A stretch of 64,000 bases of DNA from an uncultured Gemmatimonadales bacterium (GCA_963748815.1 CAVVKJ010000005.1:96001-160000); one strand, 5' to 3'. Positions 10,013-22,012 are shown, numbered from the stretch's first letter. The notes: a model not told the origin generated them from the letters alone. A program made the numbers and translations.

Positions 10013-11565
10013 CAGGTGGTCGCGAGCTGCACGGGGAGGGGGCCGTCCACGGGGAGGATGAACCAGAAGGTGCTCCCGCGCCCGAAGATCGACTCGGCGC
10101 CGATCGTCCCGCCGTGGAGTTCGACGAAGCGCTTGCTCAGCGCCAGGCCGAGCCCGGTGCCCTGCTGCTGGCGGCTGGCGGAGCTGTCCACCTGGCTGAA
10201 CTCGAGGAAGAGCCGGGCGGCGTCTTCCGGCCGGAAGCCGATGCCGGTGTCGCTGACCGAAATCCAGACTGCATCGCGAGAGAGGAGGCGCGTGCCCTGG
10301 CCGTCCGCGCCCGCGGGAATGGGGAGCGGGGCACGGGTGCGGACCACGGCCAGACGAATCTGCCCCGCCTCCGGCGTGAACTTGGAGGCGTTGGAGAGGA
10401 GATTGATCAGCACCTGCTTGACCCGGAGTCCGTCGGACATGGCGACGAGGGCGCCGTCGTCGATCTCGAGGGCGCAACTCTGGCGCCGGACGGTGCGGAG
10501 GCTCGCGGTGTCGGCGACCGCTTCGGTCACCGCTTCCCGCAAGTCGGTCGGCGCGAGCTGCAGGCTCATGGCGCCGGCCTCGATCTTGGAGAGGTCGAGC
10601 ACGCTGTTGATCATCTCGAGGAGGTGCTGGCCGTTGCGCAGGACCGCCTCGAGAAACTCCCGCTGCTCCGGATTGACCGGCCCGACCGCTTCCGTCAACA
10701 GCAGGTCGGAGAAGCCGTTGATGGCGTTGAGCGGGGTGCGCAGTTCGTGCGACATGTTGGCGAGGAACTGGCTCTTGAGCTGGGTGGCGCGGACCAGTTC
10801 CCGGTTCTTCAGGGCGAGGGCGTGCTCGTTCCGGCGGCTCTCCTCGAGCACGTTGGTGCGGTCGATGGCCACGACCACCTGGTCGCCGAGGGTCTGGAGG
10901 AGCTGCAAGGCGTCGTCGTCGTAGCGGCGACCGTCCCGGCGGTTGTGCACGCTGATGGTCCCGATGACGAGCCCGGCGGAGCGGAGCGGCACGAGTGCGG
11001 CGGTGCGCAGCGACGCCGGGGTCCCCTCCGGACGGAAACTCCGCGGGTCGGCGTCCATGTTTTCGCTGAGGAGCGGCTGGTCATTGACCACGACCCATCC
11101 CGAGAGGGACTGGTCCATCGGGAGCAGTTGCCCGATGACGGGGGCGAGCGGGCCCGTGCCGGCGGCAATCCGGAGGAATCGCCCCTCCTCCACCACGAGG
11201 GCCACGAGTGCGGCCTCGCTCTCGAGCAGGTCCGCCGCGGCCTGGGTCACTTCGGTCAGGATGTCCTCGAGCCGACGGCCAGCGAGGAGGCTGGCGGCCA
11301 GTCGGCGCAACCGCTCCAACTCCCGGTTGCGGGCCGCGGCCGACGCAAGGGCATGGCGGAGCGACCGCGCCTGACGATCGGCCACCGCCTTGACCTGGAT
11401 GAACCCGGCCCAGGCGAGCACCGTCGTCAGGAGGGCGAGGAGGATGCCGACCAGGCTCTGGTGCCAGACGAGGTAAATGCCCACCCAGCCACAGACCGTG
11501 GCGACAATCGTGAGCGCGGCCGGTGTCGGGCCGCGGCGCAGCGCCTTGGGCAAGGTGGATGGCAT
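10012..11565 (-). CDS. Membrane GAF-domain sensor histidine kinase
   Basis: Two TM helices, GAF domain, H-box ANMSHELRTPLN, N-box NLLSNASKFT, G-boxes DTGIG and GTGLGL. Confidence 0.93.
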   Translation of the reverse strand: MPSTLPKALRRGPTPAALTIVATVCGWVGIYLVWHQSLVGILLALLTTVLAWAGFIQVKAVADRQARSLRHALASAAARNRELERLRRLAASLLAGRRLEDILTEVTQAAADLLESEAALVALVVEEGRFLRIAAGTGPLAPVIGQLLPMDQSLSGWVVVNDQPLLSENMDADPRSFRPEGTPASLRTAALVPLRSAGLVIGTISVHNRRDGRRYDDDALQLLQTLGDQVVVAIDRTNVLEESRRNEHALALKNRELVRATQLKSQFLANMSHELRTPLNAINGFSDLLLTEAVGPVNPEQREFLEAVLRNGQHLLEMINSVLDLSKIEAGAMSLQLAPTDLREAVTEAVADTASLRTVRRQSCALEIDDGALVAMSDGLRVKQVLINLLSNASKFTPEAGQIRLAVVRTRAPLPIPAGADGQGTRLLSRDAVWISVSDTGIGFRPEDAARLFLEFSQVDSSASRQQQGTGLGLALSKRFVELHGGTIGAESIFGRGSTFWFILPVDGPLPVQLATT

Positions 11566-11583
11566 GGGGGACAATATAAGGGC

Positions 11584-11675
11584 GGGGGACTGGGGACTGG
11601 GGACTGAAGGAGAGGAGGAAAGAGAAAGGGACTTGGGACTTGGAGGGGGGAAAGGAGGAACGGGAAAGGAGGGGT
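11584..11675. repeat. Purine-rich heptamer tandem repeat tract (GGGGACT/GGGACTT type)
   Basis: ggggactggggactggggactg...gggacttgggacttgg; related to 50752-50870. Confidence 0.7.
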
Positions 11676-11677
11676 CC

Positions 11678-11881
11678 CTACTCCCAGAGCACCTCGTGGA
11701 ATTCGGTGGTGCCGGAGGCGAGCATCTCTCGCAGGTAGGGGCGACAGAGCCCGCATTGATCGCCGCAGCCGGTTTCACGCATCACGTCCTCGAGGGTCCA
11801 GCCGCGCGCACGGGCCAGCGGAGCCAGCTCGGCAAACGGGAACCGCTGGCACACACAGCGCGTGATGCTGATTGTCGGCAT
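11678..11881 (-). CDS. BFD-like [2Fe-2S]-binding protein
   Basis: CVC...TGCGDQCGLC cysteine pattern in 67 aa. Confidence 0.85.
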   Translation of the reverse strand: MPTISITRCVCQRFPFAELAPLARARGWTLEDVMRETGCGDQCGLCRPYLREMLASGTTEFHEVLWE

Positions 11882-11906
11882 GCTGGAGGATAACTAGGAT
11901 TGGGGG

Positions 11907-12452
11907 ATGCGCCGACGCCTGACCTCCACCATCGCGATGGTACTCTGGTCCACCCTGTGCGCCAGCGCCCTGGCGGCGCAGGGGCCTGCGCCCGCTCACT
12001 TCGAGACCTGGCGTCTCCCTCCCACGGAACTCCTCCCTCACACCCCGGCGCGTGACAGTGGCCACGCCGCTGCCAACGGCAGCGGGATGGTGCTGGGCGG
12101 GATCACGGGCTGGGTGCTCGGGTGGATGGCCGGGGCGCTGGTGGGTAACGCCATCGGGTGCACCGGCGGCTCCTCGAGTGAGTGCGACTTCGGGCCCGCC
12201 TTGGGGGGCGCGCTGGTGGCGGGCTCGTTCTCGATCCCGCTTGGGGTGCACATGGGCAACCATGGGCGTGGCGACCTCCTCAAGGACGTGCTCGTCTCCG
12301 CCGCGATCGGCGGCCTCGGCATCGCGGTCGGATCGTCGGTGGACGACACGGGGGTATGGCTCCTCCTCGTCCCCGTCGGCCAGATCGTGGGATCCATCTG
12401 GATGGAATCGAAGAGCACCCCGCGGAGCCCGCCCCATGAAGCTTCACCCTGA
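11907..12452 (+). CDS. Hypothetical membrane protein with signal peptide and Gly-rich TM segments
   Basis: Signal peptide followed by glycine-zipper-like hydrophobic segments. Confidence 0.65.
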   Translation: MRRRLTSTIAMVLWSTLCASALAAQGPAPAHFETWRLPPTELLPHTPARDSGHAAANGSGMVLGGITGWVLGWMAGALVGNAIGCTGGSSSECDFGPALGGALVAGSFSIPLGVHMGNHGRGDLLKDVLVSAAIGGLGIAVGSSVDDTGVWLLLVPVGQIVGSIWMESKSTPRSPPHEASP

Positions 12453-12477
12453 ATTCATCGAGTCTTCCGGCTTCCGT

Positions 12478-12506
12478 TTGACAACGCCCCGTCCGGCCTC
12501 CAAACT
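12478..12506 (+). promoter_or_regulatory. Possible sigma70 promoter for the EF-G paralog
   Basis: TTGACA-N17-CAAACT upstream of a GGAGG RBS. Confidence 0.4.
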
Positions 12507-12537
12507 CCCTTGACCCGATCAAGAGGAGGTGCAGACC

Positions 12538-14577
12538 ATGCGTGTCTATGGTTCGGATGCGATCCGCAACGTGGCGTTCGTCGGCCACGGCGGGAGCGGC
12601 AAGACCACCCTGGTTGACGCGCTCGCGTTTGTGTCTGGTGCCAGCCGGCGCCACGGGAACATCAAGGACGGCACGACCCTCACCGATTACACTCCCGACG
12701 AAATCTCCCGCCAGCATTCGATCAGCCTCGGCCTGGCGTACGCCGAGTGGATGGACACCAAGCTCAACCTGCTCGACAGCCCCGGCTACCTCGATTTCTT
12801 CGGCGAGGCCGTGACGGCGCTGCACGCCGCGGACGCGGCGGTCGTGGTGCTGAGCGGCGTGAGCGGCGTCGAAGTCGGCACGGAAAAGGTCTGGGAAGTA
12901 TGCGACCAGCTCCACCTGCCGCGACTGCTCTTCGTGGGCCAGATGGACAAGGACAACGCCGACTTCGAGCGGGTCTTCGCTGACGTCAAAGCGCACCTGA
13001 CCCCGAAGGTCCTGCCGGTGGAAGTTCCGATCGGGGGCGGCTCCCAGTTCGGCGGGATCGTCAACCTCTTTTCCGGCAAGGCACACCTCTACACCTCGGG
13101 CACCAAGTCGGGGGACTACGAGGAAGTGGACGTGCCGGCGGAATACCAGGCGCGGGTCAAGGAGTACACCGAACAGCTGATCGAGACGGTCGCCTCGACC
13201 GATGATTCCCTGATCGAGCGGTACCTCGGCGGGGAGGAGATTCCGCGGAGCGAGGTGACGGCCGCGCTCAAGAAGGCGGTGGTCGCGGGCGCGATCGTGC
13301 CGCTCTTCGTCGGCAGCGCCCAGTTGACCTACGGCATGCGGGCGCTCCTGACCGAGATGGTGGACCTATTGCCGTCGCCGGCCGAGGTGCCGCCGCCGCT
13401 CGACGTCCCATTGCTGGGGCGGGTGTTCAAGACGACGTCGGAACCCCACGTCGGCGACGTGACGCTGTTCCGGCTCTACCGCGGCAGCCTGAAGAACGGG
13501 GCCGAAGTCTGGAATGCCGAGCACGAGGTGGCCGAAAAACTGAACCACCTGTCGGTGCAGCAGGGGCGGGAGCGGACCGAGGTCAGTGAATTGCGCGCCG
13601 GTGACATCGGCTCCGTCGCCAAGCTGCGCGACACCCACACCGGCGACACCTTCTGCCTCCGGGATGCCCCGGTGCATCTCTCACCAATTCCGTTTCCCGA
13701 GGCGGTGGCCTCGGCGGCGGTCGTGGTCAAGCAGCGGGGCGAGGAAGACAAGCTGGCGGCCGGGCTGCACAAGCTGCACGAGGAAGACCCGACCTTCCAC
13801 TTCGAGTACAACTCCGAATTGCGGCAGACGCTCATCCACGGCATGGGAGAGCGGCACTTCGAGATTCTCCTCGGCCGGCTCACGCAGAAGTACGGTGTGC
13901 ACGCCGACCTGGCGCGACCCCGGATTGCGTACCGGGAGACGTTCAAGGGGAAGGCGGAGGGGCAGGGGAAGCACAAGAAGCAGAGCGGCGGCCGCGGGCA
14001 GTATGGCGACTGCAAGATTCGCATCGCGCCGATGCCGCGCGGCGCGGGCTACGAATTCGTCGACAAGATTGTCGGGGGCGTCATTCCCAACAAGTACATT
14101 CCCGCGGTGGATCGCGGCATCCAGGAGTCGGCCGAACGGGGCGTCGTGGCGGGGTACCCGGTGGTGGACTTCAAGGTGGAGTGCTTCGACGGGTCATACC
14201 ACGATGTGGACTCGAACGAAATGTCGTTCAAGATGGCCGGGATCCTGGCGTTCCGGACCGTGGCGCCGAATGCGCGTCCGGTGCTGCTCGAGCCGCTGGC
14301 GGACCTGGAGGTCTGGACCCCGGAAGATGTGCTGGGCGACGTCATGGGCGACCTCAGCGCGCGCCGCGGACATATCCTGGGCACCGAAATCGACGGTCGG
14401 CTGACCAAGGTGCAGGCCGTGGTGCCGGAGGCGGAGCTCTACCGGTACACCACGACGCTGTATTCGATCACCCACGGACGGGGGACGTTCCGGCACAGTT
14501 TCCACGGGTACGTGGAAGCGCCGCCCGACGTCGCCGCCCGGGTGGCGGAGGAGCACAAGGAGGAGCAGGGCCACTGA
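12538..14577 (+). CDS. Elongation factor G paralog (EF-G2 type)
   Basis: GHGGSGKTT, DSPG, KKQSGGRGQYG, DGSYHDVDS; switch I reads RQHSI rather than RGITI; not in an str operon. Confidence 0.93.
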   Translation: MRVYGSDAIRNVAFVGHGGSGKTTLVDALAFVSGASRRHGNIKDGTTLTDYTPDEISRQHSISLGLAYAEWMDTKLNLLDSPGYLDFFGEAVTALHAADAAVVVLSGVSGVEVGTEKVWEVCDQLHLPRLLFVGQMDKDNADFERVFADVKAHLTPKVLPVEVPIGGGSQFGGIVNLFSGKAHLYTSGTKSGDYEEVDVPAEYQARVKEYTEQLIETVASTDDSLIERYLGGEEIPRSEVTAALKKAVVAGAIVPLFVGSAQLTYGMRALLTEMVDLLPSPAEVPPPLDVPLLGRVFKTTSEPHVGDVTLFRLYRGSLKNGAEVWNAEHEVAEKLNHLSVQQGRERTEVSELRAGDIGSVAKLRDTHTGDTFCLRDAPVHLSPIPFPEAVASAAVVVKQRGEEDKLAAGLHKLHEEDPTFHFEYNSELRQTLIHGMGERHFEILLGRLTQKYGVHADLARPRIAYRETFKGKAEGQGKHKKQSGGRGQYGDCKIRIAPMPRGAGYEFVDKIVGGVIPNKYIPAVDRGIQESAERGVVAGYPVVDFKVECFDGSYHDVDSNEMSFKMAGILAFRTVAPNARPVLLEPLADLEVWTPEDVLGDVMGDLSARRGHILGTEIDGRLTKVQAVVPEAELYRYTTTLYSITHGRGTFRHSFHGYVEAPPDVAARVAEEHKEEQGH

Positions 14578-14602
14578 CCTGCCGAACGACACGGGGCGCC
14601 GC

Positions 14603-15496
14603 TCAGGCGCCCCACTCGTTGGTGAACCGGGCGAGCAATCCGGCGGCCCCCAGCCGCGTCAGCGCCGCCTCCGCTTCCGTCCGCAGCGACTCCGCCTGGT
14701 CGCGCCGCCCGAGCGCGCGCGCCGCGCGCGCGGCCACCGTGGTGCATTCCGCCTCGAGGAGGGCGGTGCCGAGGCTCCGGGCCTCCGCGCGTGCGGCCTC
14801 GGCCTCGTCGAACGCGGCGGCGGCGTGGCCCATTCCCAGATGCAGCAACGCACGCAGTCGGCGCGCCTCCACCACGCCGGCCGGATCGTCGCCCTCGGCC
14901 GCCAGGACCGCCGCGCGCTCGATTTCCCGCTCCGCCAGCGGCCACCCCTTCAGTTCCAGGTGCAGTTCGGCCAGCCCCACCAGCGCCAGCCCGCGGAGAG
15001 CCGCGTCGCCCAGCTGCTCCGCGTGGCGCACGGCTTCTTCCGCGGCCCGTTCCGCGTCGGTCCACTGGCCCAGTTGCCGGAACGCGATGCCGAGATTGTG
15101 CGAGGTCTCCGCCATCCCGCGGCGATCGCCGAGGCGCTGGTAGGAGAGCAGCGCGGTCCGGTACAGGCTGAGCGCCAGGTCGGGGCGTCCGGTCAGGTGC
15201 GCCACCGAGGCGAGATTGTTCGAGGCACGGGCCGTCATCAGGCTGTCGTCGAGGACATGCGCCAGCTCCAGCGCCGTGCCGAAGTACCGTTCGGCGTCCA
15301 CGACCTGCCCGGTTTCCCACGCCACCGCCCCCAGGAGGTTTTCCGCCCGCATCCGCCCGTCCGCGTCGCCGCGGGCGCGGAAGCGCGCCTCCGCCGCGGC
15401 CGCCAGCGCGGCGGCGCCGGGCAGGTTGCCCTGGCGCATCGCGGCGGTGGCGTCGCGGAGGACGGTGCCGGGATCGGCGGCGGGAGGCGTGGTCAT
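14603..15496 (-). CDS. Tetratricopeptide repeat protein
   Basis: Repeated NLLG/NNLA/HNLG TPR-type motifs. Confidence 0.8.
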   Translation of the reverse strand: MTTPPAADPGTVLRDATAAMRQGNLPGAAALAAAAEARFRARGDADGRMRAENLLGAVAWETGQVVDAERYFGTALELAHVLDDSLMTARASNNLASVAHLTGRPDLALSLYRTALLSYQRLGDRRGMAETSHNLGIAFRQLGQWTDAERAAEEAVRHAEQLGDAALRGLALVGLAELHLELKGWPLAEREIERAAVLAAEGDDPAGVVEARRLRALLHLGMGHAAAAFDEAEAARAEARSLGTALLEAECTTVAARAARALGRRDQAESLRTEAEAALTRLGAAGLLARFTNEWGA

Positions 15497-15503
15497 CAGG
15501 GCG

Positions 15504-16118
15504 TCAGTAGGCGATCGCGTACCGGGTGAAGCCGAGGATGTCCGCCTCGATCTCTTCGAGTTCCTCGATCTTCACGCCGCCGACCTTGAGGTACGACTCG
15601 CCCAGCTGCTCCTGACGCCAGAGCGTCATGATCTGCTCGATGCTGCTATCCTCGGCGTCGACGTCGCCGTCGTCGTCCAGGTCGCCACCGGTCTCGCCGT
15701 ATTCAATCTTCAGTTGGGCCGGGACGCTCGGATTGAAGGTGAGCCCGGCGGGCTGGAACTCGAACTGCACCACCGCGGGGTCCGGTACGCGAACCGTGAT
15801 GAGCACCGAGTCGCCGACGGCAATCGGGGTGCCGTCGGGGTAGTTGAGCAGGCTCGCGGCGTCCACGCGGAGCCGCAGGTACTCCTCGCCGGGGCCATTG
15901 CCATTCGAATTGGTGAAGGAGATCCGCAACTCGCGGTCGGTGCCCTTCTTGGCGTAGAAGGAGTCCACCGGATTCCAGATCGGCGCGCTGCCGGCAGGGA
16001 GACGGATGATCGTGAGTTCACCGGGCGGCCTCACGCCGCCGTTGTCCGGCCCGCCGGAGTCGCTGCACGCCGCGAGGGCGCCTGCGAGGAGGAACGGAAG
16101 GAGTCGGGCGGGTCGCAT
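15504..16118 (-). CDS. Hypothetical lipoprotein
   Basis: Lipobox LAAC; acidic DLDDDGDVD loop (possible Ca2+ site). Confidence 0.75.
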   Translation of the reverse strand: MRPARLLPFLLAGALAACSDSGGPDNGGVRPPGELTIIRLPAGSAPIWNPVDSFYAKKGTDRELRISFTNSNGNGPGEEYLRLRVDAASLLNYPDGTPIAVGDSVLITVRVPDPAVVQFEFQPAGLTFNPSVPAQLKIEYGETGGDLDDDGDVDAEDSSIEQIMTLWRQEQLGESYLKVGGVKIEELEEIEADILGFTRYAIAY

Positions 16119-16147
16119 GAGAAGTCCTTTCACGGAGTCGAATCGCA

Positions 16148-17485
<1,338 letters not shown>

Positions 17486-17502
17486 GCGGTGTCGCGGTCA
17501 GG

Positions 17503-18273
17503 TCAATCGTCTCCGTGGTCGTCGTGGCCGTCGTGATCTTCGTCTTCGAAGACATCGAAGGACTGGGTGATATTGCTGTTGACGACGCTCTCGTTCGGCC
17601 CGCCGGTGTTGGCGCTCGACGGATCGATGAGCGAGGTGTCGCTGGCCCGGAACCAGCTGCCGATATCAATGTACAGCGTGAAGTCGGCGGTGCCGGCATC
17701 GGTGACGACGAGCGGCGGCACCAGGTCCATCTCCTGTTCGGCGCTGACGTCGGTCTCGTAGGTGAAGGCCGCGCCGTTCCAGGTGCCGGTCACGCGGATG
17801 CTCACGCCGTCGAAGTCGGGGTGGGCGGCCAGAAAGGCGGCGTCTTCCGCGTCGTCCGACGGCTTATGGACCTTGAACTCGAACTCGTCGTAGGTGCCCG
17901 GCAGCACGTCGACCGTGATCACCGACGTGGCGCCGGCCGAGAGCGGCAGGTCGAGCAGGTAGGGACCCGACTCGAGCTCCTCGCATTCGTCGTGCGACGC
18001 CGTGCTGTCGCACTGGCTGTTGAACTCGGAGCGCTTGAGCTCCAGCTCCTTCACCACCATCTCCACGCTGTTGATCACGAGGGTGTTGGTGCCGTCGGTG
18101 TATTCCACCGGGCCCCCGCTCAACTGCAGGCCAGGCGCCGCGGCGGCGGCGGTCCCGCGCGTGGCGATGTTGAGCGAGACCGCAGGGTTCTGGCTGGCCG
18201 GGCCGGCGGAATCGCACGCGGCGAGCGCGCCGGCAACGATGAGGGCACCGACCAAGCGACGATTGCGTGACAT
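17503..18273 (-). CDS. Hypothetical lipoprotein with His/Asp-rich tail
   Basis: GGAGG RBS, lipobox LAAC, C-terminus EDEDHDGHDDHGDD. Confidence 0.75.
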   Translation of the reverse strand: MSRNRRLVGALIVAGALAACDSAGPASQNPAVSLNIATRGTAAAAAPGLQLSGGPVEYTDGTNTLVINSVEMVVKELELKRSEFNSQCDSTASHDECEELESGPYLLDLPLSAGATSVITVDVLPGTYDEFEFKVHKPSDDAEDAAFLAAHPDFDGVSIRVTGTWNGAAFTYETDVSAEQEMDLVPPLVVTDAGTADFTLYIDIGSWFRASDTSLIDPSSANTGGPNESVVNSNITQSFDVFEDEDHDGHDDHGDD

Positions 18274-18326
18274 GCTATGACCTCCTGAGGAAGCGCGAAG
18301 CTGCATTGGTTTCGCCTCCCTCAAGG

Positions 18327-18341
18327 GCAACCCGGGTGCCA
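18327..18341 (-). promoter_or_regulatory. Sigma54 (-24/-12) promoter
   Basis: Minus strand TGGCAC-CCGGG-TTGC exactly matches TGGCAC-N5-TTGC; lies about 54 nt upstream of an operon encoding an enhancer-binding protein. Confidence 0.85.
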
Positions 18342-18435
18342 CTCGGGGTGTAAGGTCCAACGCGTTGTTACACAACAGGTTATGATAACTTCCGAGACCG
18401 GAGGCCTCCGAGAATCGCATCGGAAGATTACTGGC

Positions 18436-18452
18436 TGTAACGATACGTTGCA
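18436..18452. promoter_or_regulatory. Putative upstream activator (enhancer) palindrome
   Basis: TGTAAC-GATAC-GTTGCA imperfect inverted repeat about 100 bp upstream of the sigma54 site, with an IHF-like CAACAGGTTA at about 18373-18382 between them. Confidence 0.5.
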
Positions 18453-18518
18453 ACAGGATTCATCGCTCAGTTGCCAGTCGTCCTTATATTGCCTCCCATT
18501 CCCCACAAGGATCATCCG

Positions 18519-18728
18519 ATGTCCAGCTCGACCCGCCCCCTCCACCGGTCCACCGGGAACCGCATGATTGCCGGCGTTCTCGGCGGGCTCGCCGAGTACT
18601 TCGATCTCGACCCGACGCTGGTGCGCGCGGGATACGTGGTGGCCTCCATCGTCTCCGCCGCGTTCCCGGGCATCCTGGTGTACATCGTTCTCTGGATGGT
18701 GATCCCGGCCGAGGGGAGCGACGCGTGA
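18519..18728 (+). CDS. PspC domain-containing protein
   Basis: RMIAGVLGGLAEYFDLDPTLVR...YIVLWMVIP. Confidence 0.9.
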   Translation: MSSSTRPLHRSTGNRMIAGVLGGLAEYFDLDPTLVRAGYVVASIVSAAFPGILVYIVLWMVIPAEGSDA

Positions 18729-20336
18729 AGTGGTGGCGCAGCGGTTGGATCGGGATGGGGCTGATCGCGTCCGTGGCCGCCTGCGCCCGCGAGTCCGCCA
18801 CGGCGTGCGACGAGTGCGGCACCATCGTCATCGCCGCCGCGGGCGAGCCCTCTTCGCTCTTCCCGCCGCTGGTCTACGAGACCGTGGGGCGCGACATCAC
18901 CGACCAGGTCTTCGAGCGGTTGGCGACGCTGGCGCCGGATGCCGCGCCGATCGATCCCGCCGGCTACCGTCCCGCCCTTGCCGAGCGCTGGGAGCGGGTG
19001 GACAGCCTGACCCTCCGCTTTCACCTGCGCGCTGGGGCGCACTGGCAGGACGGCGCGCCCGTCACGGCGCACGACGTGGCGTTCTCGTTCCACGCGTATG
19101 CCGATCCCGCGCTCGACACCGAGGCGGGACAAATGCTTGCGGACCAGGTGACGGTCGAGGCGGTGGACTCCTCGACCGTATTGGTGCGGTTCGCGCGCGC
19201 CTATCCGGAACAGTGGTACGACGCGACCTGGCATGTGCGGATTCTTCCGGCGCACATCTGGGAGGCCATTCCACGCGAGCAATGGGAGGGCGACACCGTC
19301 CTCGGCCACGTGGTGGGGAGCGGCGACTTCCGCGTGGTTGCCTGGGAGCCGGCGCAATCGCTCCAGCTCGAGGCTGTTCCCGGCGCCTCCACTGCCGTCA
19401 AGCGGGTCGTGTGGCGCTTCGTGCCCGACCCCGACGCGGCGGTCAACCTCCTCCTCTCCGGCGAGGCCGACCTCGTCGAGCAGCTCGGGCCACCCTCCCG
19501 CGTCGCCCGTGTCGCGGGGGACACCGCGGTGCAGCTGATCCCGTATCCGTCGGCGGCCTACGGCTTTCTTGGATTCCGCGTGCAGGGCGCCACGGGACAG
19601 CCGCCCCTCCTGCTCGGAAATCGCACGCTGCGTCGCGCGCTGGCCATGGGCATCGACCGGCCGTTGCTTGCGGCCGGCATTTTCGGCGAAGGCACCGTGG
19701 CGCCCGCCGGCCCGATGTCGCAGCTGCTCTGGATCAACAGCCCCGACATTCACGTCCTGCCCTATGACACCACCGCGGCCGCGCGCCTGCTCGACTCGCT
19801 CCACTGGGCGCGCGGTGCCGACGGCGTGCGGCGGCGTGGCGGCCAGGTGCTGGGATTCGACATCCTGGTGCCCGGCACCAGTCCTCACGCGGCGGGACCT
19901 GGCCCAGGCACTGCAGCAGTCGTGGAAGCTCCTGGGCGTGACGGTCACGATCACGGCGGTCGATTTTCCGGTCTTCAATCAGCGGCTCGCGGCTGGCGCG
20001 TTCGACAGCTACATCGGGGCCTGGCTCGACGAGCCGAGCCCGAGGGGGCTGGCCGACCAGTGGACTCGGGGCGGCTGGGACAAGCTGAATTTCGGGCACT
20101 ACGCGAATCCCGCCTTTGACGCCCTCTTCAGCCGCGCGGTCGCCGCGCCGGACACCGCCACGGCCGGCCCCCTCTATCGCGCGGCCATGGACACGCTCAA
20201 CGCCGACGCCCCGGCGCTGTTCCTCTACGCGCCGATGCAGGTGGCGGGCGTCGCTCGGCGGATCGAGGGGGTCACGATCAATCCCTACTCCTGGCTGAGC
20301 GACCTGTCGTCCTGGCGCGCCGGACCGCGTCCATGA
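18725..20336 (+). CDS. Peptide/nickel ABC transporter substrate-binding lipoprotein; frameshift near 19885
   Basis: Family 5 SBP motifs (LAERWE, WQDGAPVTAHDVAFS); C-terminal part in ORF 19569-20336. Confidence 0.85.
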
Positions 20337-21226
20337 CGAACCAGCTCGAAGCGCTTGCCGCGCAACTCGACGCCTCTCCCGACTACCGGGTGCTGCGCCG
20401 CTTCGTGCCGCCGTCGCGGTATCACGAGGGCGACGGCTCGGCGACGGCCAGGGGGGTCGTGGTCGACGTGGAGACGACGGGGCTCGACACCGTGCGCGAC
20501 AGGATCATCGAGTTCTGCGGCGTGCCGTTCGAATTCGAAAAGGAGAGCGGACGGATCCTGGCAGTCGAAGAGCCGGTCACCTTCCTTCAGGACCCGGGCC
20601 GCCCGATTCCCGCGGAAGTGACTCGACTCACCGGCATCACCGACGACATGGTCGCGGGAAAGGCAATCGACGAGGAGGCGGTGGGCGCGATGCTGGCCGA
20701 TGTCGGGCTGGTGATTGCCCACAACGCCGGGTTCGACCGGCCGTTCGTGGATCGTCGACTCGCCGGCGTTCAAGGGCAAGGCGTGGGCCTGTTCCCAGCG
20801 CGAGGTGCCGTGGAAGGCCTTGGGGGTCAGTTCCGGCGCGCTCGAGTTCCTGATGATGAAGCGGTGCGGACTGTTCTTCGACGGGCACCGCGCCGACGCC
20901 GACTGCCACGCCGTGCTCCGGTTGCTCCAGGAGCCGTTTGACGATGGCAGGCTGCCGATGCAACTTCTGCTGGACTCGGCCCGGACTCCGTCCTTCAGGG
21001 TGTGGGCGCTGAATTCGCCCTACGACAAGAAGGACGTGCTGAAGCAGCGGCGGTACCGCTGGAGCGGCGGCGAGGGCGGGTTGCCGAAGGCGTGGTACAC
21101 CTCCGTCCCGGAAGCAAGACGTCGCGGACGAGCAGGCGTGGCTGTCGGCGGAGGTGTACGACGGAGGCACCGGGTGGGAAGGTCGAGCGCATGGATGCGC
21201 GGACGAGGTACGCGGAAGAGGGTTGA
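20333..21226 (+). CDS. DEDDh 3'-5' exonuclease (DnaQ/epsilon-like); frameshifted
   Basis: DVETTG, AHNAGFD and HRADAD motifs split across frames near 20762 and about 21115. Confidence 0.85.
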
Positions 21227-21293
21227 GCCGCGTCGTCGTCGCGCGTCGACATGGACAGTGGAGTGGCACGCACCCAATTTCCGAGAGGCCGGA

Positions 21294-21785
21294 ATGTCGC
21301 ACGACAACAGAGTGATCCGCGAAGGACTGCAGGTGGGGCTGATCGCTTACGCCTCGGTGGCCATCTTCTACGCCGTGTTCGATTTTCTGGCCGCGCGGGG
21401 GCCGCTCTTCACCGTCAACCTCCTCGGCCTGGCGGTGTTCGAGGGGGTGCGGGACCCGGGCATCCTGCAGGGGCCCATCGCGCTGGACCTGGCCGGCATC
21501 TTCTGGTACAACGCTCTCCACCTGGTCTTCTCGCTGGTCATCGGGTTCGTGGTGGTCCGGCTGATCGCCCAGGCCGAGGGACATCCCTCGCAGGCCAAGG
21601 CGATGCTGTTCACCATCGTGGCGGGATTCGTCGTGACGATCCTGGCGGTCGGCCAGCTCACCGAGGCGATTCGCGGGCTCCTGCCGTTCTGGTCGATCGT
21701 GATGGCCAATTCGCTGGCGGTGGCCGTGGCGGGGCGGTTCCTGATGAAGCGGCATCCGGGGGTGGGGCGGACGTTGCTGGCGTAA
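21294..21785 (+). CDS. Hypothetical 4-TM membrane protein
   Basis: ATG at 21294 after GAGG; four hydrophobic helices. Confidence 0.7.
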   Translation: MSHDNRVIREGLQVGLIAYASVAIFYAVFDFLAARGPLFTVNLLGLAVFEGVRDPGILQGPIALDLAGIFWYNALHLVFSLVIGFVVVRLIAQAEGHPSQAKAMLFTIVAGFVVTILAVGQLTEAIRGLLPFWSIVMANSLAVAVAGRFLMKRHPGVGRTLLA

Positions 21786-21864
21786 CCGCCGACGGGGTGG
21801 GTGTACGGATCGGGGTGGACGGCACCTCCGATGCCGGTGGGCCGGGGTCGGGTGGGCGCACCGA

Positions 21865-21888
21865 AGGGGTGGGCTTACGCCCACCCCT
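21865..21888. repeat. REP-like hairpin, family D (AGGGGTGGGC-N4-GCCCACCCCT)
   Basis: Perfect 10-bp stem; near-identical copy at 44449-44472. Confidence 0.75.
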
Positions 21889-22012
21889 ATTCAAAGGGCC
21901 TCAACCAGAGGCGCCGGATGCCAGGAATCCCTGCGGTTGACCAATTCGATGAGGCTGTCGCTCGACACGATCGGCGGCGGCGCGCACCTTGGGCCCCGCT
22001 TCCCCGCCTTCG

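Noticed and set aside
20715..21785. Exonuclease-membrane protein fusion
   Set aside because: Out-of-frame linker from indels; the membrane gene has its own RBS and ATG at 21294.
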